64,000 nt of DNA from Patescibacteria group bacterium (GTDB lineage: Bacteria > Patescibacteriota > Gracilibacteria > Peribacterales > Peribacteraceae), in contig JALQTW010000004.1 of NCBI GenBank assembly GCA_023263945.1, forward strand, positions 3,095 to 67,094. The letters run 5' to 3'. Of this stretch, positions 34,303 through 42,696 are shown piece by piece. The stretch's first letter is position 1, and every line of letters begins with the position of its first letter. The notes under the pieces are model-generated. The model made no database searches. It had not been told where the DNA came from and saw only the letters and a list, made by a program, of their open reading frames with translations. The translations under genes and the position numbers were made by a program.

Positions 34303-36060
34303 CTAATTACAGAGAGCACCACAGGTTGCGGCTGTGTGGTTGCAGTAACAGGCGCTTGTAGGGGTACTAGAGGAGCTACCCGGGGTGGCAGAGCAGGAGG
34401 GCGTTCCCCCACTCATCACGCAGAATTTTCCTGCGGTACAACCACAATCGCTTGCGCAGTTACAGCGTTCACCAGGTTCACAGATGGAGTCAAAATCGCA
34501 CACGAGAATGGATTTATTGTGAACCAGAACATCATTTGCAAAATAGGTATGCGTTCCATCCACGGTCATGTTGAAGACAGGAGCTTTTCCTGTCACAGGA
34601 GTGATGGAAGAAACGGTATCGGTTGTTCCATCGGAGAGACTCAGAATGTCACCAGGGACAAGTTCACCCGCTTTTTTCCATATTCCGTGTGACCAGAAAG
34701 GATGTTCGGGTGTTACCTCAATGTGCCGAATGGGAGTTTTCAGAACAACACGCTTTTCACTTATGCGTGAGAAGATGGTGCTAACCTTTGCGCTTGCCTG
34801 CTTTCCTGTCGCAGGGTCCATCGACTGAACACGGTCTCCTTCTTTTACGGTTTCAATCGGTTTGGAAGAACCATCTGCCATGAGAATAGGCGTTCCTGAA
34901 ACGAAACAGTTCACATCCGCCGTGATGATGTTGTTATAAATATTGATGTCATCCAGTCCTCCTGCGAACGATGTTCCAACCCCTGCACCCATACGAAGGT
35001 TCGCTGAGCTTACAAATGTGGCAGGTGCAGGATTTGTAGACGTGAAGGTTGTCTGCCCCCCTGTTGGTGGCACCGTCATAGGATTCATCTGATCAACGTA
35101 AATTCTTCCACGACTCGCCAATGCAAACTGTGGGTTATAGGTCACAACCACGTAATGGAATTTACCGTCTACAGGCACGGTTCCTGCCGATGTAAAGCGG
35201 ACATCTTTCGTCATGGATTCTGCAAGAATGAGTTCTACTTTGTTATCGGATCGGAGTTTCACTTCATATCCATTGCCGCTGGAGCTGAAACGTTTGGAAA
35301 GAAGAAGCGCATCCTGCGTTCGGGCGGAGCGCACCCAGAGCGTGATGGAGAACGGAGAAGAGAAATCGAACTGAAGCGCCGTTGTAGAAACCGTTATGGC
35401 ATCATCAATACCATCGAAGGTGATGGCGCGGTTGCTTGCAAGGAACGCTCCTGCTTCCCGCTGGGCACCTCCTGTAATGGTGCCGTTCGATACACCGACT
35501 CCTGTTGTAGTCGTGGAACTTACGGCTTCTTCCAGTGGCCACCGTGCTATGGCCGTAATGGTTCCTCCTGCAGAAGAGGAACTTGCATAGTTATACGTGC
35601 ATGCAAATTGGAATGCTGAATCTGCAGAGATAAGGTACGTTCGTCCAGAAAAGAATTGTGTGAGCGAATTGGACCCTCCATATCCGTACCGGAGACCGGA
35701 CCATCTACTGGATGACTGGAGAGATGTATTCTTTTCCGTCTTCGAGTTTATTTTGGAGAATTCGTATGCTTTGAAACCGGGAACATTCGAAAAAGATGTA
35801 GGACTCGTTACTGCGTAATTTGTAGGCAGAGGATTTCCCGCATCACATGTCACAAGTCCGTATTGTCCCTGGGGAATCACTACGGTTTCTGCATTACTGA
35901 GTGCTGCAGGAATGTACGTCTTTCCGCTCACTGTCACGGGAGGGCTTACCTGTCCTGTAAGGGATGCCGGATTCGCCTTTCTTGAGAAAACGACGTACAG
36001 CACAATCGCGCTTATAACGAGGACAACAAGTGCCAGTTGACGGAATGTTTTGGAGGTCAT
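34303..36060 (-). CDS. Anchored surface protein: N-terminal 2-Cys domain, LamG, Hint/BIL domain, Cys-rich tail
   Basis: TM LALVVLVISAIVLYVVF. LamG (FHYVVVTYNP...IYVDQ...GGLDDINIYN). Hint from CFVSGTPILMADG to THTYFANDVLVHN. The 70-aa tail has 14 Cys. The start overlaps the upstream stop (ATGA). Confidence 0.65.
   Translation of the reverse strand: MTSKTFRQLALVVLVISAIVLYVVFSRKANPASLTGQVSPPVTVSGKTYIPAALSNAETVVIPQGQYGLVTCDAGNPLPTNYAVTSPTSFSNVPGFKAYEFSKINSKTEKNTSLQSSSRWSGLRYGYGGSNSLTQFFSGRTYLISADSAFQFACTYNYASSSSAGGTITAIARWPLEEAVSSTTTTGVGVSNGTITGGAQREAGAFLASNRAITFDGIDDAITVSTTALQFDFSSPFSITLWVRSARTQDALLLSKRFSSSGNGYEVKLRSDNKVELILAESMTKDVRFTSAGTVPVDGKFHYVVVTYNPQFALASRGRIYVDQMNPMTVPPTGGQTTFTSTNPAPATFVSSANLRMGAGVGTSFAGGLDDINIYNNIITADVNCFVSGTPILMADGSSKPIETVKEGDRVQSMDPATGKQASAKVSTIFSRISEKRVVLKTPIRHIEVTPEHPFWSHGIWKKAGELVPGDILSLSDGTTDTVSSITPVTGKAPVFNMTVDGTHTYFANDVLVHNKSILVCDFDSICEPGERCNCASDCGCTAGKFCVMSGGTPSCSATPGSSSSTPTSACYCNHTAATCGALCN
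34516..34908 (-). other. Hint (bacterial intein-like) domain, residues 385-515
   Basis: Block A is C-FVSGTPI (Cys codon at 34906-34908). The terminal block is VLVHN (HN codons at 34516-34521). It is followed by Lys rather than Cys/Ser/Thr, as in BIL domains rather than true inteins. Confidence 0.65.
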
Positions 36061-39000
36061 GGAAGCGGGAACGGAGGAGACATCAAAGAGCAGTTACTGA
36101 AGCAGCCATCACCATCGAAGCGGTTTCCATCATCACACTCTTCTCCGCTGTCCAGAACATTGTTACCACATGTGAGCGTGGGAGCGGAAGGAAGGAAGCC
36201 AGTATCCGAGAGAACCAGCACTTTTTCGTACGGTGTTGTGGGGGTGTTTGTTGCCTGACCGCCAATAGCCCACAGACCCATCCCTCCCCCAAACGGATGC
36301 GTGACGATGGAGAATTGCGTGGTGGGGTAGGGCAAGTTGTTTCCGGCTGTGTACCAGTCTGTTCCGTTATCGGAAAGGTAATTTGAGCAGATAGGCGCAG
36401 TAGAAGGACCTCCTCCAAGAGACCAGATTTTGTTCCGGAAGACAGCCAGCTGAACATCAATAAAGTTCGAAGGAAGAACACCTTGATACCGTGTCCACCC
36501 TGTCACCGGATCAAACACGAAGACATCTCGTGACGTGGTCGTGGTGATAGGGGTTGCAAAATAGCCACCCACAACGTAGATCTTTCCGTTAAAGACCACG
36601 GCTGCGTGATCACTCAAACCACGGTACTGTTCGTTGCCAAATTGTGGATCCAACGGAACAGGAAGATCTGCTTCTGTGTTCCAGGTGATTCCATCCGTGG
36701 ATGAATAGACTTTTCTGGATTTCAACCCGGCACCTTGGGAGAAGCCGGAAGAACCATTCCGTCCAGCTATCACCCACATTTTTCCGTTGAAGACCACACC
36801 GGCACTTTGTGCAAGGAAATCCGGAAGATCTCCCACGCGTTGCCATGTCACGCCTTCATCGGATGACATGAAGACTGCTTTCGAAATGTTGTTACTGAAG
36901 TAGGGGAAGATTTCGTTGGGAGCAAAGTTGTTGTAAGACGTCGCCCCTCCGATGTACCACAATTTATTTGCATAAGAGAGAGCAATGCCGTTCTGCATAT
37001 TGTGCGGAAGGAAGCCTTGAAACGTCCAGGTATCGCCATTCATGGACATATAGACACCGCTTCCTGCAACAATGGTCAGCGCGTTGTATCTGTTTCCGGC
37101 AAGGACAAAGAGTTTGCCGTTATGGCTCACGGCCGAACCCGCTGCAAGTTCCCGTGGGAGTGCATCGGTCCCTGCTTCCATCCATTCAGATGGCTCACAG
37201 AGTGCGTACGCTGGCTCAAAAGTATATGTTGCAGACGAAAGGGAGCTAGATGAACTAGAGACAGCAGCACTCGAAACGGGAGCAGCACATTGCAGTCCTG
37301 TGAAGACCGTATTACTGAACGTTTCTGAAATACTGTTTGCAGAAACGTATCCCAACACAGAAAGCAAAACAGGACACTGCGCACTTTGTGCAATGGTGAA
37401 GCCAATGGGAATACTGAAGTTATTATTGTTACCCGGTAAAACGAGAGAGTTATCTCCGCCGCAGATCACATCTGTTCCTTGCACACGGCATCCTGGCATG
37501 GTTTGTGCGGTATCCATGATGGCAGAAGCAGGAATAGGAACACGCAGTGTGACATTGGTCGCAATGGCTGAAGAGACGTTCGTCACACGGAAGGAATAGA
37601 GCGCCGTTTGTCCTGCCGTCACCGTTGTTGGGCCACTTGCAACGACTGACAACGGGGGAGAGGAGGAACTAGAAGAGGAGGGGGGAGCTGAGGAACTGGA
37701 CGAAGGAATCGGCTGACACGCAATCCCCGTGTACACCGTTTGAATGGGAATGGAGCGATATCCCGTTGCCGATGCAAAACCTGTGTTTGAGAGGATGGTA
37801 GGACAGGGAGTGGATGCTCCAAGAACAAACGAAACGGTGAGTGTCAGTTGCGCTCCGCCTGCCAGAGGTGAAGAAGGGCTACACACAAGATAACGATCTT
37901 GTACCGTGCATGATGCATCCGTTCCTCCCGTATTCACGGTGATGGAGGAGGCCGTGGGGAGAGGATTTCGAAGAGTCACGCCTGTAAGTGGTTGTGGACC
38001 GTTGTTTCGAAGACTATAGGTATACGTCACCGTATCTCCTACCATCGCACTTGTTGGTCCTGATTGGGAAACCGTGACGGGTGGAGGAGGAAGAACGAGA
38101 GCAGAGGACGAAGAACCCGTAGGGAAGATGTATTTGAAATCACTGGGATCCACGATGGTATCGAAAATCCTCACGTCATCTAGATTTCCGCTAAAAGGAG
38201 CATCACTCAAGAATGCGAATCCTTTTCCTATATAGAAGGTAGGGTCTGGAATAGAAAAGGTCGTCAGGTTTCCAAATGCTTGTGTGAGGAGTCCATCGTC
38301 ATGCACACCGTCGATGTACATCGTGATGCGATCGGTTGGATTCGCTTTTGTTCCATCGTACGACACAATTACATGCGAATATCGTCCTTCCGCCATGGGA
38401 AGAGAAGACGTTGCGATCATTCCTGCGTTCGTGCCTTCGGAAAGAATCAACTGAACGTAGCCATCCACTACTTGTAGCAAGTATCCTCGAAGCGGCATTG
38501 CGGAGACGGAGAAATTTCGAAGGACCGTCTTGTCTCCATTCCCCAGGAAGGAGAACGAGAAACGATTCTGTACGTCAAAGTTGAGAGTTTCTGAGTTCGC
38601 AGCGGTGAGAAAGTCGTCGATGCCGTCAAAGCTCAACGCTGCAACAGAATCCGTCGTTGCACCGGGAGCAATCCACGATGCACCTGCAATCGTCGCGTTA
38701 TGATTACTCACACTATCTACAGCAGTGAGACCCTGTCCTTCCTCCATTTTCCACCAGGCGATGGGACGTGGGGAAGAACACGAGAAGTCAAAATCTGTGG
38801 AAGAAGCCACGTAGTACATTTTTCCTGCAGCAAGTGTTTCTAAACTACCTCCTCCGCCACCTCCCGCACTGGACACGAAATTCACCCCAAAGCGAGGACC
38901 AGTCCATCTGGTTGAGGAGGCAAGCGTACGATTTTGCTCATTCGAAAATCCCGGTGAATACTCATAGATACGTAACCATCCTGGGTTTGAGGATGATCTG

Positions 39001-39272
39001 AAACGAAGCGTATTTCTCCAAGAACTTCCAAGCGGCGGTTCCGTGGAAGGACAAGTGATAATGCCCGCTGCATTTGCGGGAATCGTTACCTTTTGCCCGT
39101 GTGACAGTGTTTCCGCAATCACCGTACGAGGTGGACCAGAAATAGGTGTGACCGTCGTCACACTTCCCTGAAAGAACCGTCCACGCAAAAGAACGATGGC
39201 AGCAATAACTGCTATGACAAGAATGGCAGCGACGAGTCTACCGCGCCGGTGTGGATTCGGGTTTTCATTCAT
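36057..39272 (-). CDS. Anchored giant surface protein: 2-Cys domain, LamG, two DUF11-like repeats, Asp-box beta-propeller, DUF4215-like C-terminal cap
   Basis: DUF11-like repeat VGDTVTYTYSLRNNGPQPLTGVTLRNPLP. Propeller blades with NGKIYVVGG-type strands and SxDxGxTW boxes (SSDEGVTW, SSTDGITW, SDNGTDW). C-terminus CGNNVLDSGEECDDGNRFDGDGCFSNCSLMSPPFPLP. Confidence 0.6.
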   Translation of the reverse strand: MNENPNPHRRGRLVAAILVIAVIAAIVLLRGRFFQGSVTTVTPISGPPRTVIAETLSHGQKVTIPANAAGIITCPSTEPPLGSSWRNTLRFRSSSNPGWLRIYEYSPGFSNEQNRTLASSTRWTGPRFGVNFVSSAGGGGGGSLETLAAGKMYYVASSTDFDFSCSSPRPIAWWKMEEGQGLTAVDSVSNHNATIAGASWIAPGATTDSVAALSFDGIDDFLTAANSETLNFDVQNRFSFSFLGNGDKTVLRNFSVSAMPLRGYLLQVVDGYVQLILSEGTNAGMIATSSLPMAEGRYSHVIVSYDGTKANPTDRITMYIDGVHDDGLLTQAFGNLTTFSIPDPTFYIGKGFAFLSDAPFSGNLDDVRIFDTIVDPSDFKYIFPTGSSSSALVLPPPPVTVSQSGPTSAMVGDTVTYTYSLRNNGPQPLTGVTLRNPLPTASSITVNTGGTDASCTVQDRYLVCSPSSPLAGGAQLTLTVSFVLGASTPCPTILSNTGFASATGYRSIPIQTVYTGIACQPIPSSSSSAPPSSSSSSSPPLSVVASGPTTVTAGQTALYSFRVTNVSSAIATNVTLRVPIPASAIMDTAQTMPGCRVQGTDVICGGDNSLVLPGNNNNFSIPIGFTIAQSAQCPVLLSVLGYVSANSISETFSNTVFTGLQCAAPVSSAAVSSSSSSLSSATYTFEPAYALCEPSEWMEAGTDALPRELAAGSAVSHNGKLFVLAGNRYNALTIVAGSGVYMSMNGDTWTFQGFLPHNMQNGIALSYANKLWYIGGATSYNNFAPNEIFPYFSNNISKAVFMSSDEGVTWQRVGDLPDFLAQSAGVVFNGKMWVIAGRNGSSGFSQGAGLKSRKVYSSTDGITWNTEADLPVPLDPQFGNEQYRGLSDHAAVVFNGKIYVVGGYFATPITTTTSRDVFVFDPVTGWTRYQGVLPSNFIDVQLAVFRNKIWSLGGGPSTAPICSNYLSDNGTDWYTAGNNLPYPTTQFSIVTHPFGGGMGLWAIGGQATNTPTTPYEKVLVLSDTGFLPSAPTLTCGNNVLDSGEECDDGNRFDGDGCFSNCSLMSPPFPLP

Positions 39273-41299
39273 CAGGGGAAGATCGAGTCAGGCGGGAACA
39301 TGATGGAGCAGTTTGCAAAACACCCATCTCCGTCCCATGTTTGGCAGGTCTGCCCGGAAGCACAGTCGGCATTGGTGGTACAGGCAGTGCCAAACGGAGC
39401 ACACTGCTTACCGTCGTCACATTCCTCAGTGCCATCGATACTTCCATTGCCGCAGAGTGCAGAAGTAGGAATGCTGGAAGAGGAGCTAGAGGAAGAACTG
39501 GAATTAACTCCACAGCTTGCGCGACACTGAGCTTGTGTTTGTGAGCAACCTACTCCTTCTTCGCAGATGCCACCTGCCTTACAGCAATACGAGAGAGTAG
39601 GCAGACACGTAATGGGAACTTGCAATGTTCTTGTAAGCGGCGTTCCAAGAAGACTTGAGGTGAGTGTTGCAACCGATGTGAAGGTAGACGGACATGTTGC
39701 TCCAAAGCCAACGGCATAGGCGATGGCAGCAGGCGTGATTCCCGTCATATTGGCTTGTAGTGTTCCCAAGTTACAAACAATGTTGGAGCCCACCGGAGAA
39801 CATATGGCACTCGATTTAAAACTTATACCGTTTCCTGTAGGCAGCGGAACGGTAATGGTCACATTGTTGTGAGGTACCGTTCCCGTATTTTGCAGTGTGT
39901 ATGTGTTTACAAGATCTCCACCTCGCGCTGCCGTCTGAGAAGCGACAGCAGTGAAGAGGAGACCTGCATTATTTTCCGATGAAGAACTAGAGGAGGAACT
40001 GGAACAGGAGATGGTGGGAGAGAAAATGAGAGCATTGTTGCCGAGGTTTATATCATTGGTATCAGATTCATCGGAAGTAACCTGTGCAAGTATGGCAGTA
40101 GAGGAATTACAGAGGTTGCTATTGAGTGGAGTGAGAGCCACACCTAATACTGTAGCTCTTCGTCCAAACGTACCAAGATTGCATGAGACAGGATTGGTTC
40201 CTTCACGAGTACAAAGAGGATTGGACAAAGACGGAGTAAACCCGAATCCACTTGGAACGGGCACAAGCACACGGACATTTGTTGCAATTCCAGAGCCAGA
40301 GTTACTGACAATCATCTGGAAAACATGGGGTTGATTCAGTGTAGGATCGTCTCCTTCAATAGAAATGAGCGCAAGATCAAAAGAACTGGAGCTTGAAGAC
40401 GACGAAACGGGTGGAGGACACGACACAGTCACAATATGTGGTGAACTTGTATTGTTTGTGGGGTTTGGATCAACGCCCGCCGCTGTTGTGGTGCCGCTTA
40501 TTTGCACGGTGGTTAAGCATGTAGTTTGATCAAGAGGAGTCATTGCAATATCAAACACTGCTACTGAGTTGGGAGGAAAGTTTGGAAGATTACACACAAC
40601 AGGACCTGTTCCATGCGTACAATACAAAGAAGACAGTGATGGGTAATACCCAAAGCCTGTTGGAAGGTTCACGGAGAGTTGTACATTTGTTCCGGTGGAG
40701 GTTCCGCTATTTCCGACAGTGAATCTGGTGACAAACGGAAGGCCTAAAGGAGTGGTAATGGGAGTGAGAGACGAGAGAGTTGCTCTCATGTCTGTTGATG
40801 ATGGTGACCCTGTCACGTTGAAAGTGACCGGCAGCGGCGAATCACTGGGTGTTCCTGTTCCAAATTCTTTCGCACGGAGGACAATCGTATGATCCCCAAT
40901 ATCTGCATTCGTAGGTGCATATGTGAGACAGTACATGCTCACCTGAATGGGCGTTGCGCCAAAGTAGCCCGTGTAGATGCAGCGCTGCAATGTTGCGCCG
41001 TTTGGAAGGGCTGCATCGGTCAGTATGTCCTCCGTTTGGACAACGCCGTTGATGGTACGGTTTGTTGTCCTGTCGCGATCGATCCCGGCGACGTACATGG
41101 TTGCGGAAGAACCCGCAGGAACCGTAATGAATTCACTTCCGGAAATAATGATGCCCGCAGGGCGGCTTGTTTGCGTTGGGGGCAGTGATCCGCGCAACGG
41201 AGCAGGATTCCTCATCAACGCAAACATCGTTCCCAAGCCAATCACAATCAGTACCCCCAGGAGAAGGTTGATGCGGTGGGAGGCAGGGCGGAGGGGCAT
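39272..41299 (-). CDS. Anchored surface protein with Ig-like domain, 3-4 DUF11-like repeats and a split DUF4215-like C-terminal cap
   Basis: VGNSGTSTGTNVQLSVNLPTGF, VSNSGSGIATNVRVLVPVPSGF and LQNTGTVPHNNVTITVPLPTG. C-terminus CGNGSIDGTEECDDG...WDGDGCFANCSIMFPPDSIFP. The stop shares 1 nt with the next start. Confidence 0.55.
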   Translation of the reverse strand: MPLRPASHRINLLLGVLIVIGLGTMFALMRNPAPLRGSLPPTQTSRPAGIIISGSEFITVPAGSSATMYVAGIDRDRTTNRTINGVVQTEDILTDAALPNGATLQRCIYTGYFGATPIQVSMYCLTYAPTNADIGDHTIVLRAKEFGTGTPSDSPLPVTFNVTGSPSSTDMRATLSSLTPITTPLGLPFVTRFTVGNSGTSTGTNVQLSVNLPTGFGYYPSLSSLYCTHGTGPVVCNLPNFPPNSVAVFDIAMTPLDQTTCLTTVQISGTTTAAGVDPNPTNNTSSPHIVTVSCPPPVSSSSSSSSFDLALISIEGDDPTLNQPHVFQMIVSNSGSGIATNVRVLVPVPSGFGFTPSLSNPLCTREGTNPVSCNLGTFGRRATVLGVALTPLNSNLCNSSTAILAQVTSDESDTNDINLGNNALIFSPTISCSSSSSSSSSENNAGLLFTAVASQTAARGGDLVNTYTLQNTGTVPHNNVTITVPLPTGNGISFKSSAICSPVGSNIVCNLGTLQANMTGITPAAIAYAVGFGATCPSTFTSVATLTSSLLGTPLTRTLQVPITCLPTLSYCCKAGGICEEGVGCSQTQAQCRASCGVNSSSSSSSSSSIPTSALCGNGSIDGTEECDDGKQCAPFGTACTTNADCASGQTCQTWDGDGCFANCSIMFPPDSIFP

Positions 41300-41323
41300 G
41301 AGGGAGGTTAAGGAGGAGCCTCT

Positions 41324-42559
41324 TTAAATGGACGAAGGAGGAACAACCCATCGGCAGTTACTGAAACACGCATCACCATCGTTCGTGTTGCCATCGTCAC
41401 AGTCTTCACCGGTTTCCGTTGTTCCGTTTCCACAGACGGAGGAAGGGGAGGAGGACGAAGAAGAAGACGACGACGAAGAGGATAAGGAACTGCTGGAAGA
41501 ACCGCTTGTACAAATACCTGAAGAACAAATAAGTCCCAGAGGGCATACGTTCGTTCCGTCACACGGAACACAGAGACCGTTCACGCACACTTGGCCACTT
41601 GTGCAGAGGTTGCCGATACATTGTGCCGATGAACTTGATGAACTGGAAGACGATGAAGAAGGGGGACCGCTCGATGAAGATGAAGAGGATGTTGTGGAAC
41701 TGGAAGAGCTGGTAGAAGAGGAAGAGGAAGACGAAGAGTTCGAGGAAGAATTGCTAACAGAAGAAGAACTGAAGGAAGTATTGCTTGATGAACTCGTGCT
41801 GGATGTTGAAACACATGTTCCACTTCCACTACATTGATAACCTGAAGGACAGAGATGGGTCGAGTCACACGGAGTACACACCCCATTCGTACACACTTGA
41901 TTGTTGAAGCAGAGGGAGCCCGTGCATTGTGCCGACGATGTACTGCTGGAACTAGCAGCACCATGACCGGGGCAGGCTCCTGACATTTGAAGTCCCTGAC
42001 CACAGATGAAACATAGATCGATATCACTCATCACATAGATCTGTTTGCCACTTCCTGTGCTGTCCAGCCTCGTCAGTTTGTTAATCTCATTGTAGAGAGC
42101 CTGTTGGTCGGTTGTATCAGCATCGTTTACTTGTGCTTGTGAGAGGAAGAACGTGCCGTCAAAGAGGAAGAGCTTTGTTTTCCCCGCCTGATAATTCGCA
42201 TTCTCCCGTCCGGAATACTGGTACCCCCAGTAGAGTGTGCCTGCGGGAATTTGATAGTTTCCGGTTGTGGGGGTAATAGGAACATTCACCATAGAGCCCT
42301 GCGGACAGACGACCAGGTTGTGTTCATCTCCTTTTATAATGACTCCCTGCAGAGACTGATCGCTTGTGTATTCATTCACAGGAATGCCCTGGTAGAGAGC
42401 ACCAAGAAGAGATGCTCCGGGACGCGGAGCAGCAGAGAGATCTAATGTGGGAATGAGGATGTCATTCTCTTGTTGTTTTTGTTCAGAGACGACGGTGGCA
42501 ACCACTGCCGCAATGACAGCAATTCCAATGACCGAGAGCAGAAGGTGCTTGAGGCCCAT
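41324..42559 (-). CDS. Anchored surface protein: unknown N-domain, two 8-Cys modules, poly-Ser linkers, DUF4215-like cap
   Basis: TM LLLSVIGIAVIAAVVATVV. 8-Cys modules QCTGSLCFNNQVCTNGVCTPCDSTHLCPSGYQCSGSGTCVS and QCIGNLCTSGQVCVNGLCVPCDGTNVCPLGLICSSGICTS. C-terminus CGNGTTETGEDCDDGNTNDGDACFSNCRWVVPPSSI. Confidence 0.55.
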   Translation of the reverse strand: MGLKHLLLSVIGIAVIAAVVATVVSEQKQQENDILIPTLDLSAAPRPGASLLGALYQGIPVNEYTSDQSLQGVIIKGDEHNLVVCPQGSMVNVPITPTTGNYQIPAGTLYWGYQYSGRENANYQAGKTKLFLFDGTFFLSQAQVNDADTTDQQALYNEINKLTRLDSTGSGKQIYVMSDIDLCFICGQGLQMSGACPGHGAASSSSTSSAQCTGSLCFNNQVCTNGVCTPCDSTHLCPSGYQCSGSGTCVSTSSTSSSSNTSFSSSSVSNSSSNSSSSSSSSTSSSSSTTSSSSSSSGPPSSSSSSSSSSSAQCIGNLCTSGQVCVNGLCVPCDGTNVCPLGLICSSGICTSGSSSSSLSSSSSSSSSSSSPSSVCGNGTTETGEDCDDGNTNDGDACFSNCRWVVPPSSI

Positions 42560-42631
42560 TGGAGGGAAGGATAGAGAGAAAGTTGGCGGGATGCAATAAA
42601 AAAGTTACGGTGAAGAAGGCGGTAGTAAGAA

Positions 42632-42696
42632 GTCAGTAATCAGTAATCAGTAATCAGTAGTCAGTAGTCAGATCTCATGTCTCAAATCTCATGTCT
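42632..42696. repeat. CAGTAAT/CAGTAGT 7-mer array plus ATCTCATGTCT x2
   Basis: GTCAGTAAT CAGTAAT CAGTAAT CAGTAGT CAGTAGT CAG, then ATCTCATGTCTCAAATCTCATGTCT. It lies between the two paralogous genes. Confidence 0.8.

Noticed and set aside
41328-41837. Acidic (E/D-rich) + strand ORFs, also at 42691..42933, 43159..43365, 39951..40334 and 39249..39544
   Set aside because: They are mirror images of the poly-Ser/Cys coding regions on the minus strand (AGC/TCx codons read as GAx on the other strand). The minus-strand proteins have coherent signal, TM and domain architecture.
42632-42696. Possible CRISPR array among the tandem repeat regions (also 14143, 21241 and 26034)
   Set aside because: The repeat period is only 7-8 nt with no unique spacers, and no cas genes are in the window. 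These are micro-tandem repeats, not CRISPR.
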